DNA from: Callorhinchus milii
Taxonomy: Eukaryota
DNA: 64,000 bases
Assembly (NCBI RefSeq): GCF_018977255.1
Contig: NW_024704743.1
Span: 94,800,001 to 94,864,000 of the forward strand
Reading direction: 5' to 3'
A model generated the notes under the pieces. The model was not told where the DNA came from, made no database searches, and was given only the letters and a program-made list of their open reading frames with translations. Shown here in pieces: positions 50,058 through 64,000 of this stretch (position 1 is its first letter; each line of letters starts with the position of its first letter). The position numbers and the translations under genes are program-made.

Positions 50058-50561
50058 GTATTCACAAATAATATTTGTTAGTGAGCCTTTTTTACGTAGA
50101 GAGGTAAAATATAGGGCAAGTCAGTGTGTTACATTAACTACCATCCAATCCTCCAGAAAAATTTTCCAAAGACAGTTTAGAAAATTTGGCAAGATCATCC
50201 TTGATTCTCTTCCTGAAACAGTGCTGCTTTCTCAATTGTGTATTTTCTTTTGTTCATAAGTTTCTCAAAGTCTTGGAGCTTTCTTCTTTGGTGAAATAAG
50301 AATTCAGGATAAGGCCTTCTATGAGCAGAGTGAAAGAAAATTACCAAATCAAAATGACACTATTATGATATTAGCTTCTTGACTGGGTGTCTTTTGTTCT
50401 GTGATGTGACAGTAATATCCATTTTTTCTAATGGAGATAAACTTCTATCAAAGACAGAAGAAAGCTATACATGTGATAAATAATCTAAAATTCTACTTTT
50501 GCAGATGTTTTTCAATATTGATTTTGATGAAGTCTCAACAATCAACCATTTAACTTTTTAG

Positions 50562-50704
50562 GTGACAGAAACTCTTACCAACGTTCTTCAGGAACTTAAA
50601 CAAACGAAACAGAGTTTGGATAATGCGATGTCTGACGCAAACTTTGAACGGGCTGTGATGCAGGGACAACTTGACAATCTAAGTAAACAATTGGAGGAGC
50701 GAGA
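50562..50704 (+). CDS. CCDC178: CCDC178 coding exon
   Basis: tttttag|GTGACAGAA...CGAGA|gtaaga, 143 nt, phase 0 to 2, VTETLTNVLQELKQTKQSLDNAMSDANFERAVMQGQLDNLSKQLEER, with a heptad coiled-coil pattern. Confidence 0.88.
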
Positions 50705-51254
50705 GTAAGAATGTTTGGGTAAACTTTAATTCATCTAATTTAAAAGCATTTATTTTTATTGCCGAAAAGTTTTCAAGAAAAAATAAAAAGATGGAATATT
50801 TTTTATAAGGGTTCCAAGGACTCTTTAGTTAATAGGCACTATAACTGTACATCTATATCAATACCTCTAATGAAGCAATTCAATATTCCTGCCATTCTAA
50901 GCCATTTTCTCCTTGTGTGATACCGTGACTGCCACCGCATATCGTAAACTTGTATGTTAATAACAATAATAATCCTTGTATTGGTATAGCATCTTTCACG
51001 TCAGGAGGACATCTCAGAGTGCTTCACAGGATTTACTGCAGAGTGTAGTGACTAGGTGAAAGCCTAGATGTTCTATTGATAATATTCTTGTGCCATCATA
51101 CTTCTTTTTGCTCCATCATGCTGTCACGGTATCATAACTTTTTTATTTACTTGTGAATTACACGCTTCTTTCAGGTGCACTCTGAAAGTCACGATGCTTC
51201 ACTTCTCATTTTTGTTGAAGATATGAGTCCAGTCAGAGTGATCTCAGAACACAA

Positions 51255-52130
51255 TAACACAACAACAACTCGCACTTATATAGCTCCATCCACGCAGGGT
51301 AGCGTCTCAGAGCTCTTAACAGTGGCAGAGCCTGAGTCTGAGCCGGTGGGGGAGGGGGGGTGGGTGGTGGGTGGCTGTAAGCACGGTTGAAGAGGAAGAT
51401 TTTCAGGCGGATCTTGAAAAAAGGGGAGAGAGGGCAAGGTGGAGGGATTGAGCGAGACTGTTCCAGAGTTTTGGGGAGCAGTGGCTGAAAGCGCGACCTC
51501 TGTTGGTGGGGTGGATTTTGCCAGGGACGAGCAGGAGGCTGGTGTACCAGTCGAGCGTAGGCGCCAGGTGGTGGATTGGGGAGTGAGGAGGTTGGAGAGG
51601 TAGGGAGGTGCTAGAGAGTGAATGCTTTTGAACACGAGTGTGAGGATCTTGAAGTCGATCCGTTTGGTGATGGGGAGCCAGTGGAGCCTGGCCAGAACTG
51701 GTGAGATGTGGGTACAGAGTTTGGTCTGGGTTAGTATGCAGGCGGTGGAGAACTGAATGAGCTGGATTTTGTGAATGGTGGAGCTGGGGAGATCGGAGAG
51801 GAGTGCATTGAAGTAATCCAAGCGGGAGGTGACAAATGCATGCACGAGGGTTTCGGCTGCATTTGGGTTAAGGTACGGTCAGAGGCAGGTAATGTGGCGG
51901 AGGTGGAAGAAGGCGACCCTGGTCAGGGACCGGATGTGGGGGAGGAAGGACAGCTGGAAGTCGAACTGGAAGCCTAAATTGCGCACTGGTTCGGTGAGTC
52001 TGAGGGAGAGCTCAGGGAGGTTGAGAAGTTTATAGATCCACAGGAGTGAAGGTGTTGACGGGAGCCAAGGAGTATGGTTTCCGTCTTGTCCATATTCAGC
52101 TGCAGCAAGTTTACACTCACCCAGGCCTCA
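51255..52130 (-). mobile_element. L2 3' fragment
   Basis: ORF 51276-51845 contains HAFVTSRLDYFNALL, LHWLPI and LAPPYLSNLL. Confidence 0.9.
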
Positions 52131-53988
52131 TCCAACACTTTATTTCTCTTAAATTATTTAAATTTATTCCGACAAGTACTAGTAAATAATAACTTTCCCA
52201 AATCTGGCACAACGACACAAAAAAATAACACATCGGCAATACTTTAAAAATACTTTCTTAACAGTATTGAGTTTAACCAAACTTTAATAAATCATGAAAT
52301 CTTATACTTTAATAACTACTGAGCCTCCCTATACAAAAACCTCTTGGGAAACACAGAAGAGAAGACCTTACCCAATTTTACTTCTTCTGGGAAAGTTTAA
52401 GGATCTAAATTGTGCTAATAGTGTTAATTCAGGTATTAATCCAACCCAGAATCTTACTCTCTCCTCAAATTTAGCTTACCCCCCCCCACCCTCCTTTATA
52501 CCCTAATTTAGTCTATCTAACCATTACAACCCAAAAATGGAATTCAAAGGTTATTTTGTTCAATCCTTGATTAGCCAATCATATTCCCAAACGGGTTCAT
52601 CCAATCATACCTTCACACCCCTTGAGACAGCTGGTACCATGTGTCAAAGGTTCAACACCACACTCAGTCTTCATTTTCTTGACACTTTTAACTCAAGGAT
52701 TTCACAGACTAAGAGGGATTTAAGCAGGAAAGCAATAACATAATGCACTCAACAAGTCTCCTTCACATTGCCTGACGTGAAAGGTGCTATAGATTGATAA
52801 GCAAAGTAATTTTTCAATATAACGAGGTTCACAAAAAATATCTTGTTCCTTAGATGACATCGTCTGTGACCCTCTCATCGTGAACCCAAATTCACCTCAT
52901 ACTACATAATCCTTACTGCACCCTCATAATACAAATAACGTTTTAATGGTTTCTGAGATTAGTTGAACAAATTCTGCAATCCTTTTTGATTAAATCCCTG
53001 TGTATACAAGCATTTACACACAACTTCTATAATAGCTCCCTAATATGCTGTAATAGTATCCTCTAGGAAGAGGTAGAGTGGTATTATGCTAATTAAATGC
53101 TAGACCAGAGGAAAGAAACTCCTGACCATAAAACATAATGCAGTAAACTCCTGATAGCAAGATGCTGGCTTTACTAGTCACTGCCACTTAAGTAGCCATG
53201 TTGTCAATATCCCAGCTGATTCCCATTCAAAATATTAGTAGTAAAGGTCTCTGGTTTACGTGTCACTCCACTTAATACGTAACTAGTCACATTCTAGCAA
53301 TTCTTGTAAGTTCTTGCAATGTAAAATTGATTGGATAACTGGTCCGATAAAATGGGGAGGGTGGGCTGAAGGATCAGCCAAGGGATCCTGGGGCACATTC
53401 AAAGTTATTCCATAAGTCCAACACATGGCATGGTAGGGAGGCACGATGGGAACCATGACAACAAGTTACTGCAAAGTGACTCCACATGATTTGAATAAAA
53501 TATGTTCATGAAATCCAAATATCTTTTCTAAACTACTGTATCTAACAGTAATGCAGCAACTTCCAGAAATGTGATTTAGAAAGCTCAGAATTCAGACATT
53601 TCAGAGAGTTGCATTTCTATGAGAGCAGAAAAGCTGGTCTTGTCTGTAAGCTGTGATTTCTCTCTCACAACAGCTCGAAACTCTGGAACTCCCTCAATCC
53701 CTCCGCCTTGCCCCTTCCCTCTCCATTTTCAAATCCTTCCTAAAGACCTTCCTTTTTGATTGTTTGGGTCACCAAACCCCTCCTTTTCCCTCTGGCTTGG
53801 TGACAGACTTCGCAACTGAAGTAAGTGCTCTGGTACGCGACCCAGTGTGAAAGGCGATATATAAATGCAAGTTGTTGTTGTTCATTGATTGTTATGCATT
53901 TACAAAAATGTTTGTGCAAAATAACAACAAATTAGAAAAAAAGCTTATTACATGCTTAATAATAATGCACAGTCTATTTACTTCATAG

Positions 53989-54142
53989 AAAAGAATTAAG
54001 AGCTACCGAAAATATCTTGGATAATTTCTTTAATCAGGAAATAAATACAAAGTATAAGTTGAAAGAAGACGAAGTTGCATTGACCAACCTTCATCAGAAA
54101 GTTTCGGATTTGAAATTCGATGCAGAAAACTTGGAATCGAAT
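53989..54142 (+). CDS. CCDC178: CCDC178 coding exon
   Basis: ttcatag|AAAAGAA...TCGAAT|gtaagt, 154 nt, phase 2 to 0, KELRATENILDNFFNQEINTKYKLKEDEVALTNLHQKVSDLKFDAENLESN. Confidence 0.85.
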
Positions 54143-55065
54143 GTAAGTCTTTGATTTTAATGGAACATTTTGTTAGAAAAAATAAGTCAACACTTAAAGC
54201 TGTTGCAAATTGACAAATTTATTTTTCAGAGGAAAATCTGCTAAAGTATTGTGTGGAAAATAGATGACTATGAAGTGATAACTGTAAGCTATTTAAAAGT
54301 AATAATACAGAATTGCAACTTCAAAAATGGTGCAATAGACAAGAGTCCCCAAATGAACTCCATTCATATTCATATTTATTAGTTATAAACATTTTATTTT
54401 AAAATGTCATGTTCCAAATTGTCTGATTATAAAACAAACCATTCAAAATATTTCAGCTGAACAAAAATCAATTCATGTTAGGATTCTCCTAAGAAAATGT
54501 AGGAGTGTCCTGTGGATTACTATTCACTGACTAGTATTGCGTTTTAGCTATGGTGTTTGTGCAAAAATCATATTTTAAACCATGATGTTACATTATTGCT
54601 TTATAAGCAAGTACTAATATTCCAGGTAAAAAAAGCTGATTATCACTCATAAACTTACTTAACTGTCATTGATCGGTGAATTCATCCTACAAAACCTGCA
54701 CAACACCCATCATTGCTTTCATACCTATCTTCCATAACAATTCAGAAAGCATTGAAAGAAGGAGCGTAATCTGAGTTGTAGCTTAATTGGTGTAGTGAAT
54801 AGCCAGATTTAAAAGTTCAAAGACAGTATAAATTTATTTTTAATTCCTACAAAAATCAACATTATTAAACTCCAATCAATTTCATTCTGTGGAAGACATT
54901 CCCTTGTTTGAAACAGCACTGGAATTGTGTAGTAGTGTTCCTTGACTTAGCTATATGCAGTAATATTAAATTACATTCTTAACAGATATATTTGCAGCTT
55001 TGTTTTTGTATTTAAAGTGATGCAGCCTCTGAATTCTTGGAGTTCCTAAAAATGATGAATTAGGC

Positions 55066-55505
55066 TGCATGTCAGCCCGGCTCAGTGGTAGCATTCTCAC
55101 CTCTGTTTCTCAAGGTTATAGGGTCAATCCCCATGTTGGGAATTAGAGTTTATACTCTAAGCTGACACTCCACAACAGTGCTGGAGGGGTGTTGCATTGT
55201 TGGAGGTATTGTCCTTCGGATGAGACGTTAAATCAAAGTCCCGATTGCCTGTTCAGGTGGCTGTTAAAGATCCCGTGACACTATTTGAAAAGAGAAGGGA
55301 ATTTTGTCCTGGCCAACAAATCCCACGAATAAAATTGGTCACTCACTCCAAGGCTATTTGTGGGACAGTACTGTGAGCAATTGGCTGCCGCATTTTGCCC
55401 ACAAAATACATAGTCAAATTCACTTAACAGTATACTCTGTGAAGTGTTTTGAGACATTGGATTGATGTGACAAGACGTTATATAAAATGCAAGAATTATT
55501 ATTAT
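55066..55505 (+). mobile_element. Deu-domain SINE (SacSINE1-like)
   Basis: ggctcagtggtagcattctcacctctg head, gcattgttggaggtattgtccttcggatgagacgttaaa core, and L2-like tail. Confidence 0.8.
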
Positions 55506-55706
55506 CTATTTTATCAATTATTTCTTTGAATATACTTCAGTGTATTTCATCTAGATATCTTGTTGCCATTTGAGCACAAAATATTGAGGATAAGTGAACA
55601 CGTACATAAAGAAAAACATGCAGCATGTTCCATGGAGCTAAAAATTTTAAGTACAATGCTATAAAACCAATTGTCAAAGAATAGATCTACCAACTGTAAC
55701 AAATTC

Positions 55707-56028
55707 AATAATAATAATAATCCTTGCATTTGATATAGCGCTTTTAACGTCGGGAGGACGTCCCAAAGCGCTTCACAGAACACACTGTAAAGTGAATTGA
55801 CTGTACATTTGTGGGCGAACGCAGCAGCCAATTGCGCACAGCAATGTCCCACAAACAGTCGTAGATTGAAAATGACCAATTTATTATTGTTTTTGGTTTT
55901 GGAGGGATTATTATTAGGTGTGGAGTAAGGAAACTTGCCCAAGGTTTCGCCCTGACCTGCCTGGAATTGAACTCATGTCTCTCACTTGCAAAGCGAGTGC
56001 TCTAACCACTGAGCTACAGGACTCCACA
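55707..56028 (-). mobile_element. tRNA-derived SINE, full length, young subfamily
   Basis: Near-identical to 2076-2410 in reverse orientation. Confidence 0.92.
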
Positions 56029-56676
56029 ATGGGCTGAATGGCATGCTTCCATTTCCTATTTTCGTCTTTGACTGTGACACCATCCCCTTCTCCCCTCCCT
56101 TGCTTGGCATCTCACCTGGTCTTTATACAGCCCTCCAAGATGGTGCCCCACATGAAGCGTGTGGTCTGCTAAGGTGACAAAGATTGCTATAAAAATCTGT
56201 CAAGGAGATTGCAGACAGGCTTTGTTGTTACGTAGTGTTGTCCAGACAGTGTTGTTTGTTGACCTCAAATTGACCATTAAAATGACCTTAATTTCTGTGC
56301 AAATGACTCTTTTGAAAATCTAGGAGATGTGAAACTAGTTGGTCAGTTTGCTGACCAAATAATTGTACTTAACCAACAAGAACAATCAAGTCGACAGCTT
56401 GGCCATTTACCATTCTTTTTAAACATGTATGAGTCTTAGATTTATTTTATTTAGCTTAAATTTGTTTTATGTTTTAGAATTATTTTTAACCCACGATCTG
56501 ATGCATTTCCTCCCCCCACCCGCAAACCTGATTCAAGATGCTTTTAGATCAAATCAATGAGGCCAGATACTTATCCGGTTCTTTTTGAAAGCATTAATTA
56601 AAGCATCATCTACTGCTCTGTGAGGAATTTAAAAAAAAATTAGACTTGCTCAAGTCTTTAATTTTAAACCTATAAT

Positions 56677-57165
56677 CTGGGCCAATAGAAAAGTGCGGGC
56701 GCACCTTTTCCCCATTTCCCGCTGCAACGACCCTCGCCCATGATAAACCCGCCATGTCCATGTCTCTTCCATGTCTCTGAGTGTGTGAGTATATATCTCT
56801 CTCTGGGTCTCTGAGCGTGTGTGTCTCTCTAGGTGTCTGTGTGTGGTACCAGCCCTGAGTGGCAGGAGTTGGAAAACTCCTGTAGCCTCACTGGTGTCCC
56901 ACCCCCACAAAAAAAATGGCCACCCAGTTTTTGTTAAAGAAGCAATTAATATTTTTTGTAACAATCTAATATGTTTTATTTCCTTATGTTTAGTTTTTAG
57001 CAATAAAGTGGAAAAAAAATGTAACAGTAAAATGTACCTCAATAGAACCAATCAATCCCTGCAATTTTCCCGCAAAATTCAGTAAAGACCTTCGCAATTT
57101 CCTGCAAGATTCGTAAAGCACTCCGCAAATTTTGCAAATATGTCCACACTTTTCTATTGGCCCAG
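56677..57165. mobile_element. Putative non-autonomous DNA transposon (MITE-like)
   Basis: Perfect 19-bp inverted repeats CTGGGCCAATAGAAAAGTG (56677-56695) and CACTTTTCTATTGGCCCAG (57147-57165). No clear target-site duplication. Confidence 0.65.
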
Positions 57166-60100
57166 CCTATGACCTCTAGATTTCCGCTAGCAGCAGAATC
57201 TAATACCACTGAGCATTTTAAAGGTCTGGATTTTAGATCTTGTCTCCTTGAATCCAATCTGCTTTTCGCTAATAAAATTAAATTCAATTCTAGGAATCTC
57301 CCCTCTGGCCTTTGGTCCTGGAACCATCTCTACTGTTATACCTTGAATCCTCTCACACTTTTTTTGGGGAAAATTAGAGTACCCAGAACTGCACCAAGTT
57401 CTCCAATTGTAGACTCGCCAGTTACCTATGTAAGGTTTGAATAACTTATTTTAAAGTGTATTAAAATACTTTGGAGATGCAATCCAATATTTATTGACAC
57501 CTTCACATTTTGTGGAGATGTTTAACAAATTGTCAGACATCACAGCAGAATCCTTAGCCTTTTCCACATCTTTAATACCCCTTTACATGTACATGGTATA
57601 TTATTTCTTGTTCCAATTTGCATTACCTTGCTTTCAGCTACTTTCAAACCCATCTGTCATTGCTCAGCCCATCTGCTTAGTTGTTTCAGATTTTCATGAA
57701 TGTAATTCATCTTCAAATTATTACACCCCTGGCAACATATCTTGGTATAAGTAGAAATTTTGTTTAGAAAAAACTGAGTTATTTTGAGTAATGTTTTGAT
57801 ACTTTGAATGATATGGAATCTGGAAAAGATCCTTGTGAACCTCCACTGGTTATTGCGTCCCAATTGATCATCTCTTCCAATTTCTATTGAGTTTTAATTT
57901 GACTGACAAATAATTAATTCCATTAAGTTTAAAAATTTTGCAGTTGAACTTTATCAAATACCTTTATCAAATATAAATCCAAGCATCGTAGAGATCTGAT
58001 TAGCTGTACTAATTGGGTTCAGCTCTTTTGCAGATGAGCAAACAATACAAATAATTGGACATCGTGCAAAATACAAATTGGCTACAGTGACAACTAAAGA
58101 TTGCTCCTTCAGGAACAATTATTCTGTCACTATTGTCCACAATGTGCCAGTCCTCTGATTGAGCCTTTTTTGTTTACTCTCTTTTTCTGTCCCTCACCTC
58201 AATTTTCTTTTTGCCTATTTCTGGGACATTGCTGTGCGTAAATTGGCTGATGCGTTTACAAGAACACAGTCATTACAACTTTATAGAAAACCATGAAGTG
58301 CTTTTTGCTTAAGATCTATGTGAAATGTAAGGATAATATTTTGTTATCTATTCAAAGTCTGCATGAAATGATCTGGAACAGTTACTGTTGATGAAACGTT
58401 ATACATTGTGTCTCCTGTATGTGATATATTTTTTGTGATTCTGTCACTGTATGGAATATTATCATAGAATCATGGAATTATAAAGCACAGAAGGAGGCCA
58501 TTTGGCCCATCGTGTCTGAGCCGCCTCTTTGAAAAGAGCTATTCAAATCAATCCCACTCCCCTGCACTCTCCCCATAAACCCTGTTGTGTTGTGAGAGGT
58601 GAAGGTCCCCAAATCTGGTGTTCCATTCTCCCCTTCCTCTGACACCCCCGCCCCCCGTAGTATAGTTTATTCCACTAATATCAAATATATATATATGACA
58701 AACAGTGAAATTCAACAAGCTGTATTCAAACCATATGATCATATAACAACACAATTGTCCACACTATACAATGATACAGATATACAAATCAAATAATTGA
58801 GAAGCAACAGAATGCACTCAGGAATTGCTCAGTACTCCAGACAAAACAATAAGCCCAAGAATGCACCTCAACATACACAATAGAAATCAGCCCCTGGAAA
58901 TCCCTCAGGACAACTGATTCTGTAATACAAAACGTAGTAGGGACTGGCACCCGGTAAACCCTCGGACACAACCAATCCTACAAAATCAATACTTAATTAC
59001 AGAGCTATCACACAGAATCTCCTGTAAACTCAACAGATACAATCAGCTCTTAGCCCAGGACCTCACTTGTGCTGCCTAACCTGACTTCTGTGTTTCAAAT
59101 GTACCAACCACTACTACTGTTATACTTCTCTGCCTTACAAACAGAACCAAAAACATATTAACCACTATTCTTTCTTTTTCACTTTTGATGGTCACTTTCT
59201 TACTGGAGGTAAATTCCCTCACTCCTGTACATATATCGATATCGATTCCACTGGGAAGTGTGCTGACACTCTACACAACTCCCAACTATTTCGAAGTTAC
59301 ATCTTTCTTTTATGTGTTTCTAACTCCACCTCCCCTTGTCACAGAGATAGCCTCACCCTTCACGGGCTACTTTGCAGAGAGAGAGATATAGACAACTTCT
59401 GGGCAGCCATCCACAGCCTGCTTGTTTCTCAGCCTTGAGTTAGCCTTTTCTGTGGTCCATTGTTCTTACATCTGCTCAAGGACCCGATTGCTCATTATCT
59501 CAGAGGAGTGAACATCTTCCCAGGAAAATATGAAATGTAATCAGAAGCTAACCTCAGCCCGTGCAGCAAAGCTACTTTTAACCATTTAACTATCAAACCT
59601 TCTGGGACATTCGTTTGCTGTTTAAAATATATGAATGTATCCTGAGGTGATAGCCAGTATATTTCAACAACCCCCCCATGCAGCCCCCTCCGTCCCCGAT
59701 CCTTATAGACTTGAACATGTTGGCTTTAGAATAACTTAAAGTATATTTATTTCCTTTAAAGAGTATGAACTGTGATAGGGGAAGTATTCTGATAAATCCA
59801 ATTTTTTTTTAAAGAAGGGAATTTGGGAAATTAAATTCTCTCTTATAGTTTGTATCATAGAATCTCGCTCTCTTTTACCATAAAGTTGTGTACATTTCTG
59901 TAGATTCCAGGGAACTATCCTTACATCACATAATAATAGGGAAGTACTCCGGCCTCACGAGAAGTTCTTACCAAAAGTAATATTTAATAACTTGATACAG
60001 GATTTAATTATTTCATCCTTTTGCTCTGCTTTACTCAAATTTGAAATGGAGTGTAGATTCCCACTCTGTGGGTATAGGCAAGGCTATTGTTATTATGCAA

Positions 60101-62589
60101 AAGAACAAACTATTTCAGGAAGTCATTCAACTGTTTTATCTCCAATGGGGCAAGAGATTGAGTCAACCTGTGACAAAAAGATTGGCAAGGTGTTTCATGT
60201 AAAGTGATTGTGCTGTTATCAGTTAATAGGAAGAAATCCCCCTAAAAGTGTTGAAAACTATTACACAACAGTTACATTCTTACAGATGTACACTAATGTT
60301 ATGAGTTTCAAATAAGCACTTATGTGGATTTAGAAAGATTTATAACTTCTCAGACCTCAGCCTTTACTAAAGATCACTATTTGAATTTGATGGCCAATAT
60401 TTGTTGTGACATTACTGTTTTCACCTTAGGTTACGTTTACAACGCCCAATTTGCTGGCAAATACGCACAGAAAGGTGGGGTGGGTTAAACTATGCAAATA
60501 ACACTAAAGCCCTGCTGCAGACATCATCTGAGCATCTGGTTCATACCTGTTACTGGATAAGCATTTTAATAAATATATCAAGTGCATAGTTTAACAGTAA
60601 GAAGCATTGTTTCATGTTATGTGTCCAACCAAGATAGACTTGCCTAATATGTCTCTAACCCATATGAATTCCTGTTTTTGAATTACTGTGGACCTGCCCA
60701 ACTATGCCAGACGTGCCTTCGAAGAGATGCTTCCTCTAATCTCCCAAAGTTTTTTCAAAAAGCATGGTACTTATTTTATTGACCTTAGAAGAGTGAAGGG
60801 AGGATGAGCAGCTGTACTAGGATTGGAACCTAGAACATTCTATCCTCAAATCTGGTTCAACTAACTTTTCAGAGTAAAGTAATGAAAAGGATTGCTTACC
60901 ATGAGGAAATACTGTTCTGCATTTAATTAATGGGCCATTGATGTAACAGTGACATTAAATTATTAGGTACATAAAACAACTAGATTATAAGCTGCTATAA
61001 TATGCAATGTAACTGTTTTATCGTGGATTCTATTATATATTTAAATTACTATTCTATCTGTGTGCATGTTAATATCTTTGAAAGGCCTTTCTGGTTGAAA
61101 ACTCACTTTGGCTTTTGGTATTTGTACAAACATTTGATTGTGAAAACTATAGTGACTACGTCTGGCTGCAAGCTATGTTATTCTGCATCGAATTATATCA
61201 TTGTTTAATGCTCCAGACCCTACACCATGTGACAGGTGCTATATAAATGCAAGTTGTTGTTCGCCTGCTGGTTAAAAGTTACCCTAGGCAGTAGTGTTTG
61301 CTTTTCATGCCTGGCAATCTTTGGCATTCAGTATTTAATTACCTGAAAAATGTTTTTCTGCAAAAATCATGATGAAAATAATGTAAAATATTGTGGAATA
61401 ATGATATGAACTGCAGCTCTTACATCACATTTATATTAAGGAATGGTATACAAATAAAAATGTTTTTCATTAAATGGGAAAAGTAGACATTTTGCTGTTA
61501 ATTATTTTAAGGAAGTTATGCAGGGCTAATTTAGCAAGTATGCAACAGAATAATCACATGTAACATCTAAGAATCAAACTAGATGTTGTATTTGGACATA
61601 CTGCTCATTCACTGTAGTTCAGCTCTTTCAGCAGCTTAAATCTGAGGCAGAGGCCATAGTGATATTTCTACTCTTGATGCTGTCTTTATTATTGAATCTG
61701 TGGGTTGTATTTCAGGAGTGCAAGTGCAGCAGCATTTCCTACTGGGAAAGGGAAGAGCTCTGCAAATGATACACAATGTATGGATTACTAACCTCCTGCT
61801 CAAGCCAGTTTCTGCTCATTGCAAACAGCTGATGGCACAGTTTTTTTTAAGTTAGAAGAAATTTACAAAACAGACACTGTAGTTGCTGTCAGATGTTTAA
61901 AGATATTTTCCCCCCCAAAAAATGTTAAAACAACAGTCTTCAATGGAAAAGAAGCAAGATTACCTCTAGATGGTGCTCTTGCTTTCTCCAGTAGCGATCC
62001 ATACTAACAACTTTATACTGCCCATGGAGCTGCTTGCCAAAATTCAAGATAAGGTACCAACATCAGAGTATAAATACTGTAGAAGGCTTATACAGTAAGG
62101 ATGAGTAACTGAGAAAAAAAGTGTTGAATTGCAAAAAAAGTTGAAGGGGGTAAGATTTTAGTTTTTGACTAAATGTTATGAAGCGAGAAGTCTAGCTTTA
62201 GAAATGTCTCCTGATTAAGGAGATCTTTGCCAGATCTGCTGGAAATACAAATTTGGATTTCTGAAGGATTATGATGCAATACCATTCAATCACCTCTAAG
62301 TACATGAACGCCAAAAGCTTTGCCTGTCGGCTATAACAACTTTTGGTAAATAAAGACAAAACCTGGATTGAGTAACTTGTCATTTTATAACTGGGATTTA
62401 TTTAGAAAAATATTACTGATCATTTATGGTTTAGTATTAGATTTGTGATATGACAACAGAAATGTACCCTCTGAAAGTTCCAGTAATGTGTCTCTGATTT
62501 TACATAAAATTTAGAATAACCATTTAAGAAGAGCTTTATCCCTATAGCTTCAAAAGAAAGGCTGATGTTTCTTACTCTTGGCTTTACAG

Positions 62590-62685
62590 ATAGAAGATTG
62601 GAAAGCTAAGTCAGCTGAAGCAAAATCTGAAACGAAAATTCAAAATGCTATTTGTAGTGAACTTCGCCAGGCCATTAAGTTTACG
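62590..62685 (+). CDS. CCDC178: CCDC178 coding exon (gene continues beyond window)
   Basis: ctttacag|ATAGAAGAT...TTTACG|gtaagt, 96 nt, phase 0 to 0, IEDWKAKSAEAKSETKIQNAICSELRQAIKFT. Confidence 0.8.
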
Positions 62686-62704
62686 GTAAGTGACTACTTT
62701 TTTC

Positions 62705-63115
62705 CCCATTGTTGTTCCCCAATGCAGCTGAAACCCTTGTCCACACTTTCGACATCTCCTGCCTTGACTATTCCAATGCCCTCCTCATTGGTCTCCTCAG
62801 CTCCACTGTCCACAAAATCCAACTAATTCAAATCTCCACTGCCCATATACACACCCACTCTAAACTCCATATCCCCATCATACCAGTCTTTGCCAGGCTT
62901 CACTGGCTCTCTATGACAGAACAGATCGACTTCAAGATCAACTCACACTTGTCTACAAATCCCTTACACTGTTAAATCATGCCTGAAGACCTTCCTCTTC
63001 GACTTATGGCTACCTCCCCCTCCCGGTTCGGCATTCGGCTCCGCCCTGTTAAGTGCTCTGAAACTCTACCCTGTATGTAGGAACACTAAATAAATGCAAA
63101 TTATTGTTGTTGTTA
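62705..63115 (+). mobile_element. L2 3' fragment immediately downstream of a CCDC178 donor
   Basis: AAETLVHTFDISCLDYSNALL and LHWL motifs, and a (ttg)n tail. Confidence 0.85.
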
Positions 63116-64000
63116 TAATACTTATTCTATTAAGAACAGTATTCAATTATGTGAAATTAGTTGTATATAAATTTAGAACTACATGAAATGAGTTTAGGAC
63201 AGTTTCAATTCAGTTCTGAGTGAGTCCAGATCTAAAAATAGTACTAACATGTCATTCTCGTTCAAAAAGGCCACCAAACATTTTAAGCGCTCTGGGACAC
63301 TACCCTGCGTGAGTGTATAAATGCAAGTGAGTGCATAAATACAAGTTGTTGTTGTTGTTGATGTTGCTCTCCCTGATAAATGCTCACTTAGCATAGAGCA
63401 AAAAATTAATTAATTTAATAAGTACGGTTCAGTATTGCATCATGTGGTGCATTTACATAATGAGTCATTGAGGACGTTAAGAGTTTTTCACTTTCTTTAA
63501 AATTATCTTACATTGTAAAAGAGAATGTTTTATTTCCTTTGTTGAAGTCTGTGGAAAGACGATATGCATATTCAAAAATTCCCACCGGAGTGATTTACAC
63601 TTATCTATTGCCTAAATGCACCCTCTTAAATGGATCAGCTTTGAAGCAAAATGTATAGGATTTTTAAAGGACATTTTGATTTATTTCTTTAATATAATAA
63701 TAATCTTTACATTTGATAGCGCATTATCACGTCTTTGAGACGTCTCAACTCACTTCGCAGAATATACTGAAACATGAATTGACTATGTTTTGTGGACCAA
63801 AAAAAAAGAATCTTTGCATTTGGAATAGCGCCTTTCACTTCGGGAGGATGTCTTAAAGCGCCTCACAGGTTTCCTTGTAGGGACTTTGTGTTTTGTAGAT
63901 GATCGTCTACACGATGAAAGGGAACGGAAAAAGGAGAATCTACTTTTTGTCACTCACTTTATAAATCATTCTAAGCAACTTCTGTTTGAATTCTGTGTCT

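Overview
Vertebrate nuclear DNA, most likely a cartilaginous fish (chimaera/shark-type tRNA-derived SINEs, Deu-domain SINEs, L2 and CR1 LINEs; taxon inferred from repeat types only). The window holds the 5' ends of two divergently transcribed, intron-containing genes. ASXL3 runs on the minus strand (coding exon 1 at 27943-27890, exon 2 at 9408-9326, and a candidate 3-nt AAG microexon at 7188-7186) and continues off the left edge. CCDC178 runs on the plus strand (candidate non-coding exon ending 31329, then nine phase-consistent coding exons from 36360 to 62685) and continues off the right edge. One CCDC178 exon (49357-49576) is 1 nt short of frame, which is either a real frameshift or a homopolymer assembly error. 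The ~3 kb between the genes contains a four-half-site DR1 nuclear receptor array, a BANP-like CGCG motif, a ~2.4 kb C/A-only minisatellite and two RFX X-boxes. The introns are filled with decayed SINE, L2 and CR1 copies and one TIR-bounded MITE-like element. Most ORF-track entries are spurious or LINE fragments. I found no prokaryotic features and no evidence for a wholly new multi-gene system. The best leads are the microexon, the promoter architecture, a uORF with a TAATG stop/start overlap, and the frameshift. Comparisons with human proteins are from memory and need confirming by alignment.
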